From positions 1 through 32,263 of the forward strand of contig RBNJ01000359.1 of assembly GCA_003990765.1 (NCBI GenBank): 32,263 nucleotides of DNA. The letters are read 5' to 3'. The notes beneath the pieces were generated by a model, which saw only the letters and a list, made by a program, of their open reading frames with translations, ran no database searches and was not told the origin of the DNA. Shown piece by piece: positions 11,834 to 24,031 of this stretch (positions within the stretch are counted from its first letter, which is position 1; the number at the start of each line of letters is the position of its first letter). Origin of the DNA: Jimgerdemannia flammicorona. Its lineage: Eukaryota. Made by a program: the position numbers and the translations under genes.

Positions 11834-13995
11834 CGGGAGATGTGCAGCCTGAAATTGTTACATCTAGAACGATGCGTACCCACCAAGTAAAGCGTCCTAG
11901 AGCCACCGGGGAGCTTGAAAAGCGACCTATCGTGCGCGGATTCCTTACTTGTGAATGCAGACGGATCCATTGCAGTTTGGCGAACATCCGCTATTTATAA
12001 ACGATTTCACTGACTAATGCTATAAGATATATAAGAAAGCCCATGAGTAATTCTTTCACACAATTCTTCCCGAGGTCCTTGTAAGCGGAGAGCCCAGCGG
12101 ACTTTTTTTCGTTAATGTCTAGGTCGTCGTTCGATTTAGGACGCGTCGAATTTGGAACACATACCCATACAATAAACACGCGTGAAGGCCATCTTACAAA
12201 AGACCACGAAAACAGTCTTAGTGAAGCATCGCAAGACAACCTGTCAAGCTTGAAAAGTGACCCTGTATGCACATATTTTTCTAACAGCGCGCTTGTTGCC
12301 TAAATGTAAAGGCACACATGTGTAAGCCTATGGAAGGGTCTCGAGGATATGCAAACCTTTCAGCTTGCATAGAGTTGCAAATTATCCTCGCGCCATTGTT
12401 CAAAGTCCACCAGACACAGATCCTCACCAGACGCAGATGCAGATGCCTGTGACAGATACTGGATTGTACTCAGATTTAGATGATTTTGTTGAAATTCTTA
12501 TTATTATGCATCTCGATAATGTGGCTTAGACACGTGATTCTTAGAACTACGTCATCCTTGAGCTACGTCCCTCGACGCGTAAAAACGCGAGCAATCAATA
12601 AACAACGCTGCTGCTCTTCTCCACTCCATATTCCCAACAAAGTCACAACAGATTTTAATATGGATACAGATGTCAGCCGATGTAAATACGAGATGCCCTC
12701 GATGCAGATATTGGATGTCCCCAGATGTCATGGATGTAGAATGCACCAGGTGAGATTTCCTCATGATAGCTCATTTTCCAAACAAAATGATATGGCGGGA
12801 CGCGGAAATCAATATGGGTTTCATAAAAATGATACCAAATGCAATTCATCTTCCTCCTATTCCGCGGTCTATTTGATGGCAGCAAGCTTGATCCAAGAAA
12901 AAGTGCTCCTTCCGAGTCGCGTGACGACACATTGAAATTATAATTATGGGGTGGCCAATAACTTTAGAACGACGAGGCATCTCTCGAGCCACGGATGCGT
13001 CTTGACATCACACGCGAATGAAGTAATCAAGTCGGTACACACGTACATGTACCTCGCAGCGGCGGCCTCGACCTTCAAGACCTCTATAGTACTATGGCTG
13101 AAAAAGTACATTCAGGAAACGAAACGGCGATTTTGAAGAACGACTTGGAACCACAAATTCGTCAGGTCGATGCTAAACTGTCGAAGCAACCAAAGGCAAT
13201 GGCAGCATCCGGTGCCATATCTCAAAGCCTCATCCAGTACCACACGCCAATTCGAATCGACAACGAGTTGTTCTGCCAATAATCGTCGTCGTTTTATCAT
13301 CACTTTTACAGGTTGAAACAGGCTAGGTCCGTCCCGTTCGGAGGATTAGAATTTTATTTTCCATTTATATACAACCTTGTATATATATATACATTTATTA
13401 ACCTTATGTGGGAAAGGGACCGCGTGCGGCTTTGCCCATGCTAAAGGGGCTCGTCAGTTGGCTTCTAGAACTACCAAGACCGGGCAGGGCTAAATTCCGA
13501 CTGAACAGAATGTCTGCTCAACTTTCATGTTTTTGTAAAAGCGTCCAGTACAATTCTGCCTTTTTATTTGTATCATCGTGACATTGCACTGCAGTTTAAT
13601 TGTCGTTCTGAGGATAATCGTCGTTCTACGTTTTGTGGTTATTTATCGTTCTATGTTCTGCGGATGATTGTCGTCAGTTCGCCGTTCTACACTCAATAAC
13701 TGTTCTACAGTTAAACGTCGTTGTACAATTAATTGTTTAATTTTCATTTTACTGTCAATCGTTAATCTCCCGTTTTTTGAATAAATAGAAGAAAAGCCCG
13801 TCTAGATTGTCAATATATAGCCGCAAAGGGGCGCAAACATAGAGTAACAGAACCCAAGTATTATAGAAGCAAATTTAATCATAAAAAAAAGAACACCAAA
13901 CGGCACCCGCCAAAATTATTCAGACTCACTGCACGTCATACTATATAACACTTCAAACAAACATTAGCTGGCACGCTTCAACCCCCTTTTACCGC

Positions 13996-16900
13996 TCAAC
14001 CACCGACCGAAATATTATCCGCCTTCAACGTCGCCCACATCAGGTCCTTCAGCTTTGTAGCTTGGGCATCTGAAACACTATTCAAAGCCAAAATCGAATC
14101 CAAAAGAGAAGCAGTCAGACCCTCATTCCCGGCATCTTTGGCATCCTCGGCATCCTTGGCAGCCTTAGCGTCCTTGGCATCCTTGTCAACCTTGGTCTCC
14201 TTGGCCGCCTTGGCGACCTTGTCCGCATCAGGCCACACTCCCAACGGCCACATTAACGGGTAGTACGTGAACTGTACGGCTGCATCCTTTTTGGCTATAT
14301 TCTTCTTTTCCCTGCTTTCCTTTTTGAGCTTGGTACCATCATCGTATTGATGAATGGTGTCAGTATGAGCTGTACAAGAAGAATAAAAATATATTTAGAT
14401 TATGAGGAAATGGCGCAAGAATTTCAACTATATGCAGAATACGGCACAATTACCGTAGTATACAACATAGCGTGGGAACCATATCGGGTTGCGGCGTTGG
14501 TAAGGCAACATTAAAAACTGTTCAATTTCCGCTACAAGGAAAGCCCTATCCTATATTGTGTGTGGTGGTAGAGAAATAGTTAACACCTATCCATATGTGA
14601 TATATATACCAAGAGAAATTTCTCACAAAGTGGATACCATAATCCAAGTACGTCGGGCGTCCGTAAGCGTCTCATTGTAGACGTTGTTCTGCAAAATTAG
14701 ACGAAACATCAGCCTATCGATTTACACGTGCATATATCCACAGCTCAAAAATAAAACATATATCCCACAGCTCAAAATGCACCGAAATACTTACGAGAAG
14801 CGCAATGAGAATATTCAATAGGACGATAGTGGACACGAATGCAAATAAGACACGGAGGACCTCCAACGAGTGATACTGGTTGTAATCCAGTCCGAAGTTC
14901 GAAAGGGAACTGTAATCCCCGCCCAGGAAGAGAAAGACGCTGTTCATCGCATTCTCAATGGTCGCGAACGGATTTATTCCAGACGCGCCATTAGGGTTGT
15001 CAGTAGGGTTGCCATTATGAAGAAGAAGAAGCAATGAGTGCGCAAACCCGACGATCATGATTAGGAGAACGATGAGGAAGGGGCCTGCCTTGATAAAAAT
15101 TTCAATGGTGACGACGATGAAGACACCGACGTTTCGGAAGACGCGAAGCTCCAGTAGTAGGTGAATCCACTGTCCGAGGATCGCGTAACTAGCAATCCAG
15201 GTTGGCGGGGGAGTTAGGGGATAGATCAGGTCCCACCAGGCGTACGTGAGAGTAAAGCCGAGCTGGAGGACGTCGATATAGTTGTACGCCGATTTTAGGT
15301 AATCGAACCGCCAAACTAACAGCTGATGCAACTCATGCAACGCGAACAGGTTGCCCAATGCGACCGTAATGATGAGCATTGAGAAGCGAGCTTTGTCCGA
15401 GATAAAAGGGTTGGCATCGGTGGATTTAGCAGATGCCACGGAGAAGGCGATGAAATAGAGGACGAAAAGGGTGAACCTAGCCCAGAACCGACGGCCGGCG
15501 AAGGCAACCCATTTGTAATTCACGACCGCTTCGAACATCGGCTCGGCGAGATCACGGTGCTGGCTATTTGAGATCTGGATGAATGGACTGCGCGGAGCGA
15601 CGTAGGTCTTGTAGATGGCCTTAAACATCCCCCAGGAACCGTCAAAGTTGATGGGATACTCCCTGTATACACATAGGTCTTGCAGCGGGACGTAGCATAG
15701 CCTGGTGGCCCGCCATGGCACAAAACTCGTTAATGACTGGATCACGGTCTTGAGAGCTCGGAAGCCCTTAACACCCAAATATAAGAAGATTCTCCGATAA
15801 CGCTCCTTTGACCAATTACGCTCGACGAAGGTGTTCATAAAAAGGCGCGTGAGGAAATGTGAACCATGGGGCGACCAATGGACGTGAATGCACGGATGCA
15901 AGTGGCTGTAGCGCGTGAAGGTCACACCAGGTTCGAGTTCCGAGACCCATTCGTTGTGGCGGCTCGCCATGGGAAAGACCGAATGATTGTATGGGACGTA
16001 CGAGAACTTCTTGGCAATATAACCTGCCAACGCTGGATGCTGGTTTTGGATCTTATGAAGCACCTGGACAAGAGTCGCAGATAGACTGGATTCTCGTATC
16101 TCTCCTTCGGCAATAGTGCTAGCTTGTTTTGCCACCTGTTCCACAATGTATTGAATCATCGCTTGAAGGATGTCTTGATATTGCATGTTGATGGATGTTG
16201 CCAGCGGACTTTCCCTGCCTTTATCATCCAGGAAGAGAGGTTTCCATTTTGAATTTTGACTTGATACCACTATTCGAACAATCTTCATGATTTTGTCTAG
16301 ATTGTGAGTGTCAGATTTATACGCAGCCACCCCTGCAAGCCGTACGAGTAGTTCCATCGGATTTTGTCCATCAACAATAATATTGAACAACTCTGGTTGT
16401 TCACTTGCTGCTTTGTCGAAAATCGAAAGAGTGAAATCCATATACAGTTTGTGTGCCTCCCAGTTGATGGTAGGTCTACGGAATTGTGGATCCTGTTTCC
16501 AAAGATAATTGTGGTGCTGCAACAATTGTTTGATACGCTGAGGCCATCGCTGGCGGCCGTCCAACATGCCGTTTAAGATATGAGGGTTTTTTTCGTCAGA
16601 TTTCGATAAAGAATCCCTCCGAAGTCCGAGCCATACCAGATCTTTGTCGACTCGTGCAAAAAAAGATTCGACGCTAATGCCTTTGCCGGATCCATCCATA
16701 ATATCTTTGCCGGCTCCATCCATAATGTCTTTGCCGGCTCCATCTATAATATCCATAATGCCTTTGCCGGCTCCATCCCCAATGTCTTTGCCGGCTCCAT
16801 CCCCAATGACTTTGCCGGCTCCATTCCTAATGTCTTTGCCGGCTCCATCCCTAATGTCTTTGCTGGCTCCATTCCTAATGGCTTTGCCGGCTCCATATCT

Positions 16901-19144
16901 AATGACTTTACCGGCTCTATCCCTAATGGCTTTACCGACTTCATCCATAATGGCTTTATCGGCTCTATCCTTAACGTCAGACCCATCCTCGTAAACTATC
17001 CAATCGCATAGTTGTGCAGTGACGTCCTCGTCTCCATCTACGACAGCGTGCCAAAACGTGACGTGCTTGAGAAACTTGAAGTCGCGTTTATCAACATGAA
17101 AGATGGTGTCGAATTCGATACTGTTGTCGCTGCTGTACACGATGACGAAATTAATGTTGCTCTCATTCCTCCAAAACCTGGTGGAAGTAATTTGGCGGAC
17201 TTTGATGCCGAGATGGCATTTTATCACGCAAGTTGAAGGTGGGTTCATCGACGAGCCATGGCGCCCCGAGCTTGAAGGATCGACATCAACATAGAACGAA
17301 TCAGTCAAGAGGAATTGCTCCCTAGGGCCTGATTTTGTCGGTTCTACACTATCGAGTTTGAATTTCGTTGTTTCATCGAGCGTGAACGTCCTTGAAAACA
17401 TATCCTCGCTGCTGGAATAAAGGAATCCACCAACTTCAGCGCCCTCATTTGTTGTCCCTTGCAGATTATCCTCGATAAGGTAAGAATCAACCAATATGCC
17501 AGTGTAGGGATCAATACATTTGTACAGAGCGAAGCGCGGAGCATTTGAGACGGCGGTAGTTGCCGGGTCGGCCGAGGCGATCTGGACGTCAAAGGCCGGG
17601 AGTAGCAAGCCGTGCAATATCGGGTCTTTGAGTTCTCCAATACTGTTGTGTATTCTGATCCACGACTCGATCGCGTGAGTAGGTGAATGCGAAGACAACA
17701 AATGTTGCGGTACTTCCGTAAGACTCTCGAACAATATTGTTCCTGTTCCAACAGATATTCCTGTAACGTAGTGTTTACCCATTTTCAGTCGTAACATCAA
17801 AAGCACCGAACAGAAGGTCGTCTTTACCACACCAAAAAACTTTGGCGCTAAATCGTCTTCTTGATTTTGGTCGTGAATGGTGATTTTGGCACTGTGTCCA
17901 TCAATCGGCCAAATCGTCAGCGGTGTGGTGTGCGTTTTGGTGTGGAAGAGGCCGCTTTTGAGTAAAGGCTGCAAGGATGACTGCTGGGGGTAATATCTGA
18001 CATTGAATCTTTTTTTGCGTCGCCAAGTGGTCGTGTCGAATGTAACGATGACTTCGTCGTTGTAAATGACGAGGTACTTCCCGTCGTCGGTGAAAACCGC
18101 ACCGCCGTAGAGCCCCTTCAAGCTTTTCGGTATTTGGAAGTTGGTGGCGTTCTGGGTGTCAATCAATGTGACTTGTGCGTCCGTGTTCAGTTCGTTGTGC
18201 ATCCCCTCATCATTTAGCGGCAGCTCGAAGCCCGAGCGGAGATCTGTCCAGTAGGGGAACATGGTTGATGGTGGAAGTTCAAACGGACCTTGGAATTTGT
18301 ACGATTCGCTGCGCCCCAAGCACCATTTCGACAGCGCGACGTATTTACCATTGTGAGATATTGATATCATATCGTAACGATTGGTTGGATATGTCTGCTT
18401 TGCGTCACCAGTCCAGGTTTTTGAGCCCTCCGGGTATTTCCATGTGGCGGAGCTGCCATCGCTGTTCAACGTCGCAAAGTGTTTGCCATCGCCTGAAATG
18501 TCGACGGCGATAATCTTCGGTTCGGTGTTTAACAGCCTCTGGACAAACTTTTCATTCATGTCGATGACGATTGGTTCTTCTGATTGTATCCGGCCGATTC
18601 CGACCAAGGTTTTTTCGGTGTCACTTTTGAATGGGCGGACCGGTCGAGCCCCAGTGACAGCGCTACCAACTACGGCGACGACGGCTCTCTCCCCATCCAG
18701 TTGGGTTCGGAAGGCATTACCGGACGGCTGGTTTGCATTGTTTTTATTGCCGGCGGCGCCTTCGTTGGACGTGTTCAAATCCTCCGCCCATCTCGGGACT
18801 GCATTACGAAGGTCGGCCATGGCTGGATCTGAATTCGGAGTTATGGGCGGGAATGTGTAATTGCGCCGCTCATTGAGGTTTTCGAAATCTATTTCCGGCT
18901 CGCCCTCCTCTGCGGTTGTAGAAGTTGGTTCTTCGTTGACGAAGGCGGCCCGTCTAGGAAAGTCGGCCAGAACCGGATGTGAGTACATACGCCGCTCGTC
19001 GAGGGTTTCAAAATCTATTTCCGGCTCGCCCTCCTCTGTGGATGGTACTTCGCTGACGGTGATCTCTTCTGTGTAGAAAGTAATTTCCTGGGTATCGAGT
19101 TCCTCGTCGGCCATGACTTCGTCTGAATTTGTGGCTGTAGCCAT
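13996..19144 (-). CDS. TRP-like cation channel, copy B (about 1623 aa; exons 19144-14795, 14688-14638, 14550-14454, 14369-13996)
   Basis: The 1476-aa ORF is paralogous to copy A and has the same three GT-AG introns, giving NNVYNETLTDARRTWIM, DRAFLVAEIEQFLMLPYQRRNPIWFPRYVVYY and AHTDTIHQ...ISVGG-stop. Confidence 0.9.
16673..16969 (-). repeat. Coding 24-bp / 8-aa tandem repeat (about 12 units, DGAGKDI[M/R/G]) present in copy B but not copy A
   Basis: DRADKAIM DEVGKAIR DRAGKVIR YGAGKAIR NGASKDIR DGAGKDIR NGAGKVIG DGAGKDIG DGAGKGIM (DII) DGAGKDIM DGAGKDIM DGSGKGIS. Copy A has only KEDEKIDIS here. Confidence 0.95.
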
Positions 19145-21798
19145 GATTTGCTACCAAACGATACGAGCTGAGTGACGTGCTGCATGGTATGATGTAATTC
19201 GGCAGAGTTTTATTAGAGAGAACTGTCGGGCGCGCAGCTGAATTTGGTAACGATAGGTGTTGGTTTGGATGCTACCTTGTAAAATATGTGATGAAAGCTC
19301 GAATGTACGAGGTATCAGCTCGTCGAATTCCTCGGTTGGGTGATATTTCCTGTTGTAAGAGGTGTTTCAAAAAAAAAAAAAAAAAAAAAAAAAAATGAAA
19401 TAACGATGTTAGCGGCTGGTCATAACGGGGACTGAAAGGTACCAGTTACAAATAATTACCACTTACTGTGTAAGCGATATTGCCGGAGTCAATAGACGTA
19501 TGCCAATTCGCTTCACTGAGCTACGGGACGCCAGTAATAAAATACTGTAGGGTGTAAGCACTCAATTGCCTCCGAAGTATTTAACGTGATCGATTAATGA
19601 TATGCAGGCGTCAAAATAAGGAAATCGTGAGCTCGGGGCCTGCGCTTACACCATTGTCCCCGACACGGAATTAAACAAAAAAGGTTCCGCATTGACAATG
19701 GATCGACTGGAGGACTTTTATGCCCAAGTTGTCAAGCAGCACGGCATATTTGTTTACAGAAAGAGCCAAGGCCGTAATGATTGGATCGAGTGTACTACTG
19801 CTTTACGCCGCTTCAGGGTGTACGACTTCGCTTTTCTTTTATTTTTTTTAAAAAAGGTACTCCGTGCCACTCACGTCAGCAATCCTGAATTCAAAAGGGA
19901 TTTAGTGCACGAATATTTATTATAGAGGTTGTCCTAATTGTCTTATATTAAACTGTTTTCGGTGACCAAAAAACCTTCCTCCTTAATGACGAAAATTGAC
20001 CCCCTGACCGTGTAAAACAAGGGATAAATATAGAAAAAAGGCTGTAACAGGGAATGGTCACAACCAGATATCGAAAAGGTTAAGTAAGAATGACTGTTGT
20101 GGGAGGGGTTGGTCACGATGGTACCTGCAAAAGTTGGACAGAATGAGGGTCGCACTTGCCATTCGGGTCACCTAAATATTCCCATGGTGTCCAAAATGTG
20201 CCGTGCCTTTTGCATAGATTAGGTGTTACGAATATCAACGAATGCGATCGCATTAGCTTGCCCAGTCCAGATACTCGGGCCAACCCTTACGGATTTGGGA
20301 CTTGACAGTTGGATCAGATGACGCCAAGAGCTGACGGGAGATAAATCTGTTTGGAATGTCTGATCCGCAGGGACCGGGTATGTACAATCAGAATTGGAAT
20401 TGGTGGTTTTATTATGAGGCTAGAGTCCGAATCGGCCATCCTTTTTTGCAGAATTCAGAAACTGCCATTACATAGAGGGAGGTGCATCACAAAGTCCTGG
20501 TACCATACATTGAGCAATTACAAGTATTCCATGTAATTTATGTGACGTAAATTTTATGATGTATCCATTTCGGGCTCACAATTTCGCAGTCACACCTAGA
20601 ATAAAGGTGTGCCATTGAGTTTAAAGGCATCCCCCATCACAAACACGCGTGTCGGAAACTCGCAAGGGCCCGACCTTTCAGAACAGCCTAGTTTTCCCAC
20701 CAAAAGCACCCAACTTTCAGCATAGAACAATATTTTTGCTGCTTATAGTTCCGAGGCTCCGATCCCACAATTCGATTTCATTATAATGCCGGAGCATCAA
20801 AATGGTTGAAAGCTCTAGTGTTTGAATGTTTTTGCAGGTGGGGATTCGATTCCACTTAGCCATTTCTCTTTTCCAACGACCCTGGACAAGCAGTGTCTAC
20901 CAAAAAGCTCGCTGCACATTTTGCCAGTCAGAAGAATTGCCAGTATGCGGGATCGTCGCCTTTCGGTATTTTCGCTGGGCGGGATAATTTGGTTGATGTC
21001 TCAATTGCCGGTGGCTAGGTAACGTCAAAGCTGATGAAGCTGGCTGGAGTGTGGAGAGTTGGAATTCAGACGTTGGATGTTTGAGTTGGGCAGGGAGGCG
21101 ATGGGCAATGGTTTTAAGGGTAACCCAATCTTTGAGGAAGGGTTTTGCATTGGGATGCTTTCTTATATATTTACATTTTATAAACTTTTATTCGATAGCA
21201 CTACAAACGCCAAAGCGGAATCTCTTATCATCCAATATTCTCTAATCCTGGATCGCCGCGACACTCTTTGCTACATCTTCGACACGTGTACATCCTTGGC
21301 AACACAGCACCCTCCCAAGAACGTCCCTCACATTCGACACCCTTGTTTGTCCAAAGCTGGGAGCCATTTCGTGCTAGATTTGGCTGTGGCAGGGAGTGCA
21401 AGAGCGGAACATAGATGGTGGGTGCATTGCACGAGGGCCGAAAGTACGAGTAAACAGTATGAACAGATTTCGAGAGCCATCGACTGGTCGGTGGGTCGCA
21501 GGATAGGAGATGGAGGGATGGGAAAAAAACATAAAATTTCCCATCGCAAGCGAGAAATGATAAATTACAGAATAAGATTGTCTTGCGAAACCACGTCACG
21601 TTACTATGTGAGCAAGTGACCTCTGCCTACCCATTGAAGAAAAAACCCCCCATTCTCTATCCAATACCCCCTTTCCTCACCACATAAACGAAAGAATGAA
21701 AGGCACGCACGCCGAGTGTCCTACCCGCCACCATTATCCTCCACGCACCTCGCAAACGTCCTTGTAAATAAAGCATCGTCAACACAACCCCCGCGTTC

Positions 21799-23559
21799 TC
21801 ACGAGACCAGTGTCTCAACATAACCTCCCGCCCCCGCCCCCGCCCCCGCCCTCGCCATCGCCACCGCGACACTGGCCGCCTCCTCCTCCGCCCCACTCCA
21901 AACACCCTCCGGGATCACGCTCCCTTCTCTCTCCCTGCGATACGGTGGCGGCTCCGCAACGCGCGCTACTTCTATCGGTTGCTCTCCATCCAAGAACACC
22001 GGTTTAACCTTCTCCTGCCCCCTCCACGGCAAGCAAACAGGCCAATAAATCGCCTCCCCGCTCTCGACATTCGCGATCTCGATGGGCACAGCCCACGCGA
22101 GTGGCGGGTCCCCTCTGAAGTTCCGGCGCGCAAACGCCGCGGTCCCGCAGAGTTGGTAGGAAAGTATACGTGCGTGCGTCCGGAAGGTCGGGAACGGGAG
22201 CGTCGTGGGAAGGTGGAAGAGGAGTGAGTAGGTCGCTGAATCACCTGGTGAGAGGCGAGGATAAAGGTCGTGTGGCTTTTTGGCCAGGGAGGTTGTAACG
22301 AGGCGCGGGGGTGGAGAGGGTGCAGGGGTGTCAATTCGGGAGTGAAGGTCGACGGTTAGGTGGTGGATTGTGGTCGAGCCGAGGTTTTTCAAGGTGAGTT
22401 CAAGAGACATGGTGTCGCCTGAAAAGAGACGGAGGTAAAGGGATGAATTGAATTCGGGTGGAGGATGAACCAAAATGGAATGATCGCAGAAAATAAAGGC
22501 AAGAGAACAAACCCAAAATAAATAAATAAATAAATAATACGTTACCCGCGCACCACACCTCTCTCGGCATTCGCACCGTGACCTGTGCCAAACAGTCCTT
22601 TACAACTCCACCTCCGCCCTTCTCAACGCCCCTCTCCCTATCCCTCTCTGCATCTGGCACCCTGGTAATCAAAACGCACGCCTCTCTCATCGGCGCGATG
22701 ACGATGGGCTGGAATTTGACAAATACATCCTCAGCCTTCTTCCACTCGGGCCGTCCAACGATGTCGATGTACGCCGTGACGACGTACCGAATGAAGTTGG
22801 AAGGCGGATCATCCACGGACTCGGCGACGCGCTGCGAGAAGTGGACGTAACGCGGGGTGGGTGGCGTGAACGGGTAGGGCATGAGGAGGAAGGAAGGAGA
22901 CGTGTTGGGTACCTCGAGTGAGGGTGGGTAATTGATCGCGGGGAGTTTGATCTTGAAGGGATAGGACAGCGAGCCCGTGTCTAGGGAGATTTTCGACGGG
23001 AGGCGGGAGCCTTTGGGGAGAGGAGGGAAAGGAGGGAAGAGATGGGGAAGGTGTGAGAGAGAGAAAGAGGGACGGATGTGGGAATGTGTGGAAGAACGGA
23101 AAGAAGCATGTATGTTTATACCTCCGCCTAATGAGCCGACGACGGCGGACTCGACGTCGAAGAAGGTTAGCTTTGTGGTACCGGTGCGTTCCTCACCGTA
23201 GATTCTAGCGTGGTATGTGCAAGCGAAGGAAGGTAGTGAGACCTCTGGTGTATATACTACATGACCGGCGGGTTGCAGAAGGTTACCTCACACGGATGGC
23301 CCGCACGTATAACGTCTCAGCGAGGACCAGCAAGACGCGGCCTGTCCCCCAGGAAGATAAAAGATAGCGGGACAAAAATCAAAATGCTGACGAGAATTCA
23401 TAGTATCTTTGATCACAACCCGTTCGTTGTGGATAACCGAGGGAACGGACGGACGGACATAGTTCCTCCCGAAAGAGGCTCACCAGAGATGACGTCGCTG
23501 GGGCGAAAGCATCCGACGGACTTGTCGAGGTCTATCTCAAACTGTAGGATGCGCCACAT
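21799..23559 (-). CDS. Alpha-arrestin (arrestin-related trafficking adaptor), about 405 aa; exons 23559-23484, 23341-23287, 23204-23122, 23010-22913, 22831-22546, 22418-21799
   Basis: The spliced translation MWRILQFEIDLDKSVGCFRPSDVISGRVLLVLAETLYVRAIRVRIYGEERT...YPFKIKLPAINYPPSLE...FIRYVVTAYIDIVGRPEW matches Arrestin_N motifs. GDTMSLELTLKN...VPIEIA is Arrestin_C-like, and there is a PPPY motif in the tail. All introns are GT-AG and phases are consistent; the 81-nt intron 22832-22912 is in frame and stop-free. Confidence 0.85.
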
Positions 23560-24031
23560 TGGTGTGGGATGTCGGTTCTTGGGGAAAGGTGCAAAGGAAA
23601 AGAGGGCGTCCGGAAGAGGGGAGAAACAAGTGCGCGCCGATTGGGACGGAAACTTGTGTAACCGGGGGAGATGCGGGTATGGGGGCGCACGTGTGGGCTC
23701 TCCACCTCACCTTTTGTTTGTTGTGGGGGTAATAATTATGAATATCTTAGTACGTGCATAAACAAATGTCACCATCGCCTTGTCCTCCCAGCTGTTTCCC
23801 GTGGTGAAGGTATATATATACTCAGTCAGTCACCCGAGACAATAGGCCCGTTTGTATATATGGAATGTTAAATCATTCACCCTGACTCAGCCCGAACAAA
23901 CAAACAACCTGATTACGTATACCTTTTGCCGAAGAAAGGAGGGGGGGATGGCGACATAGATGACGCGGAGGCGTGCTCCGGAGGAAAAGGTATAGCGCCA
24001 AACCAGGTGCCGCAGACTTGACTGGCGCAAA

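Larger units (their letters stand above)
13260..22430. repeat. Segmental duplication unit B
   Basis: Colinear with 1755-11833 and continues into the intact arrestin gene. Confidence 0.9.

Noticed and set aside
21059..21619. 186-aa plus-strand ORF
   Set aside because: The frame is not preserved in the homologous region of unit A (about 10600-11120) and it has no recognisable motifs.
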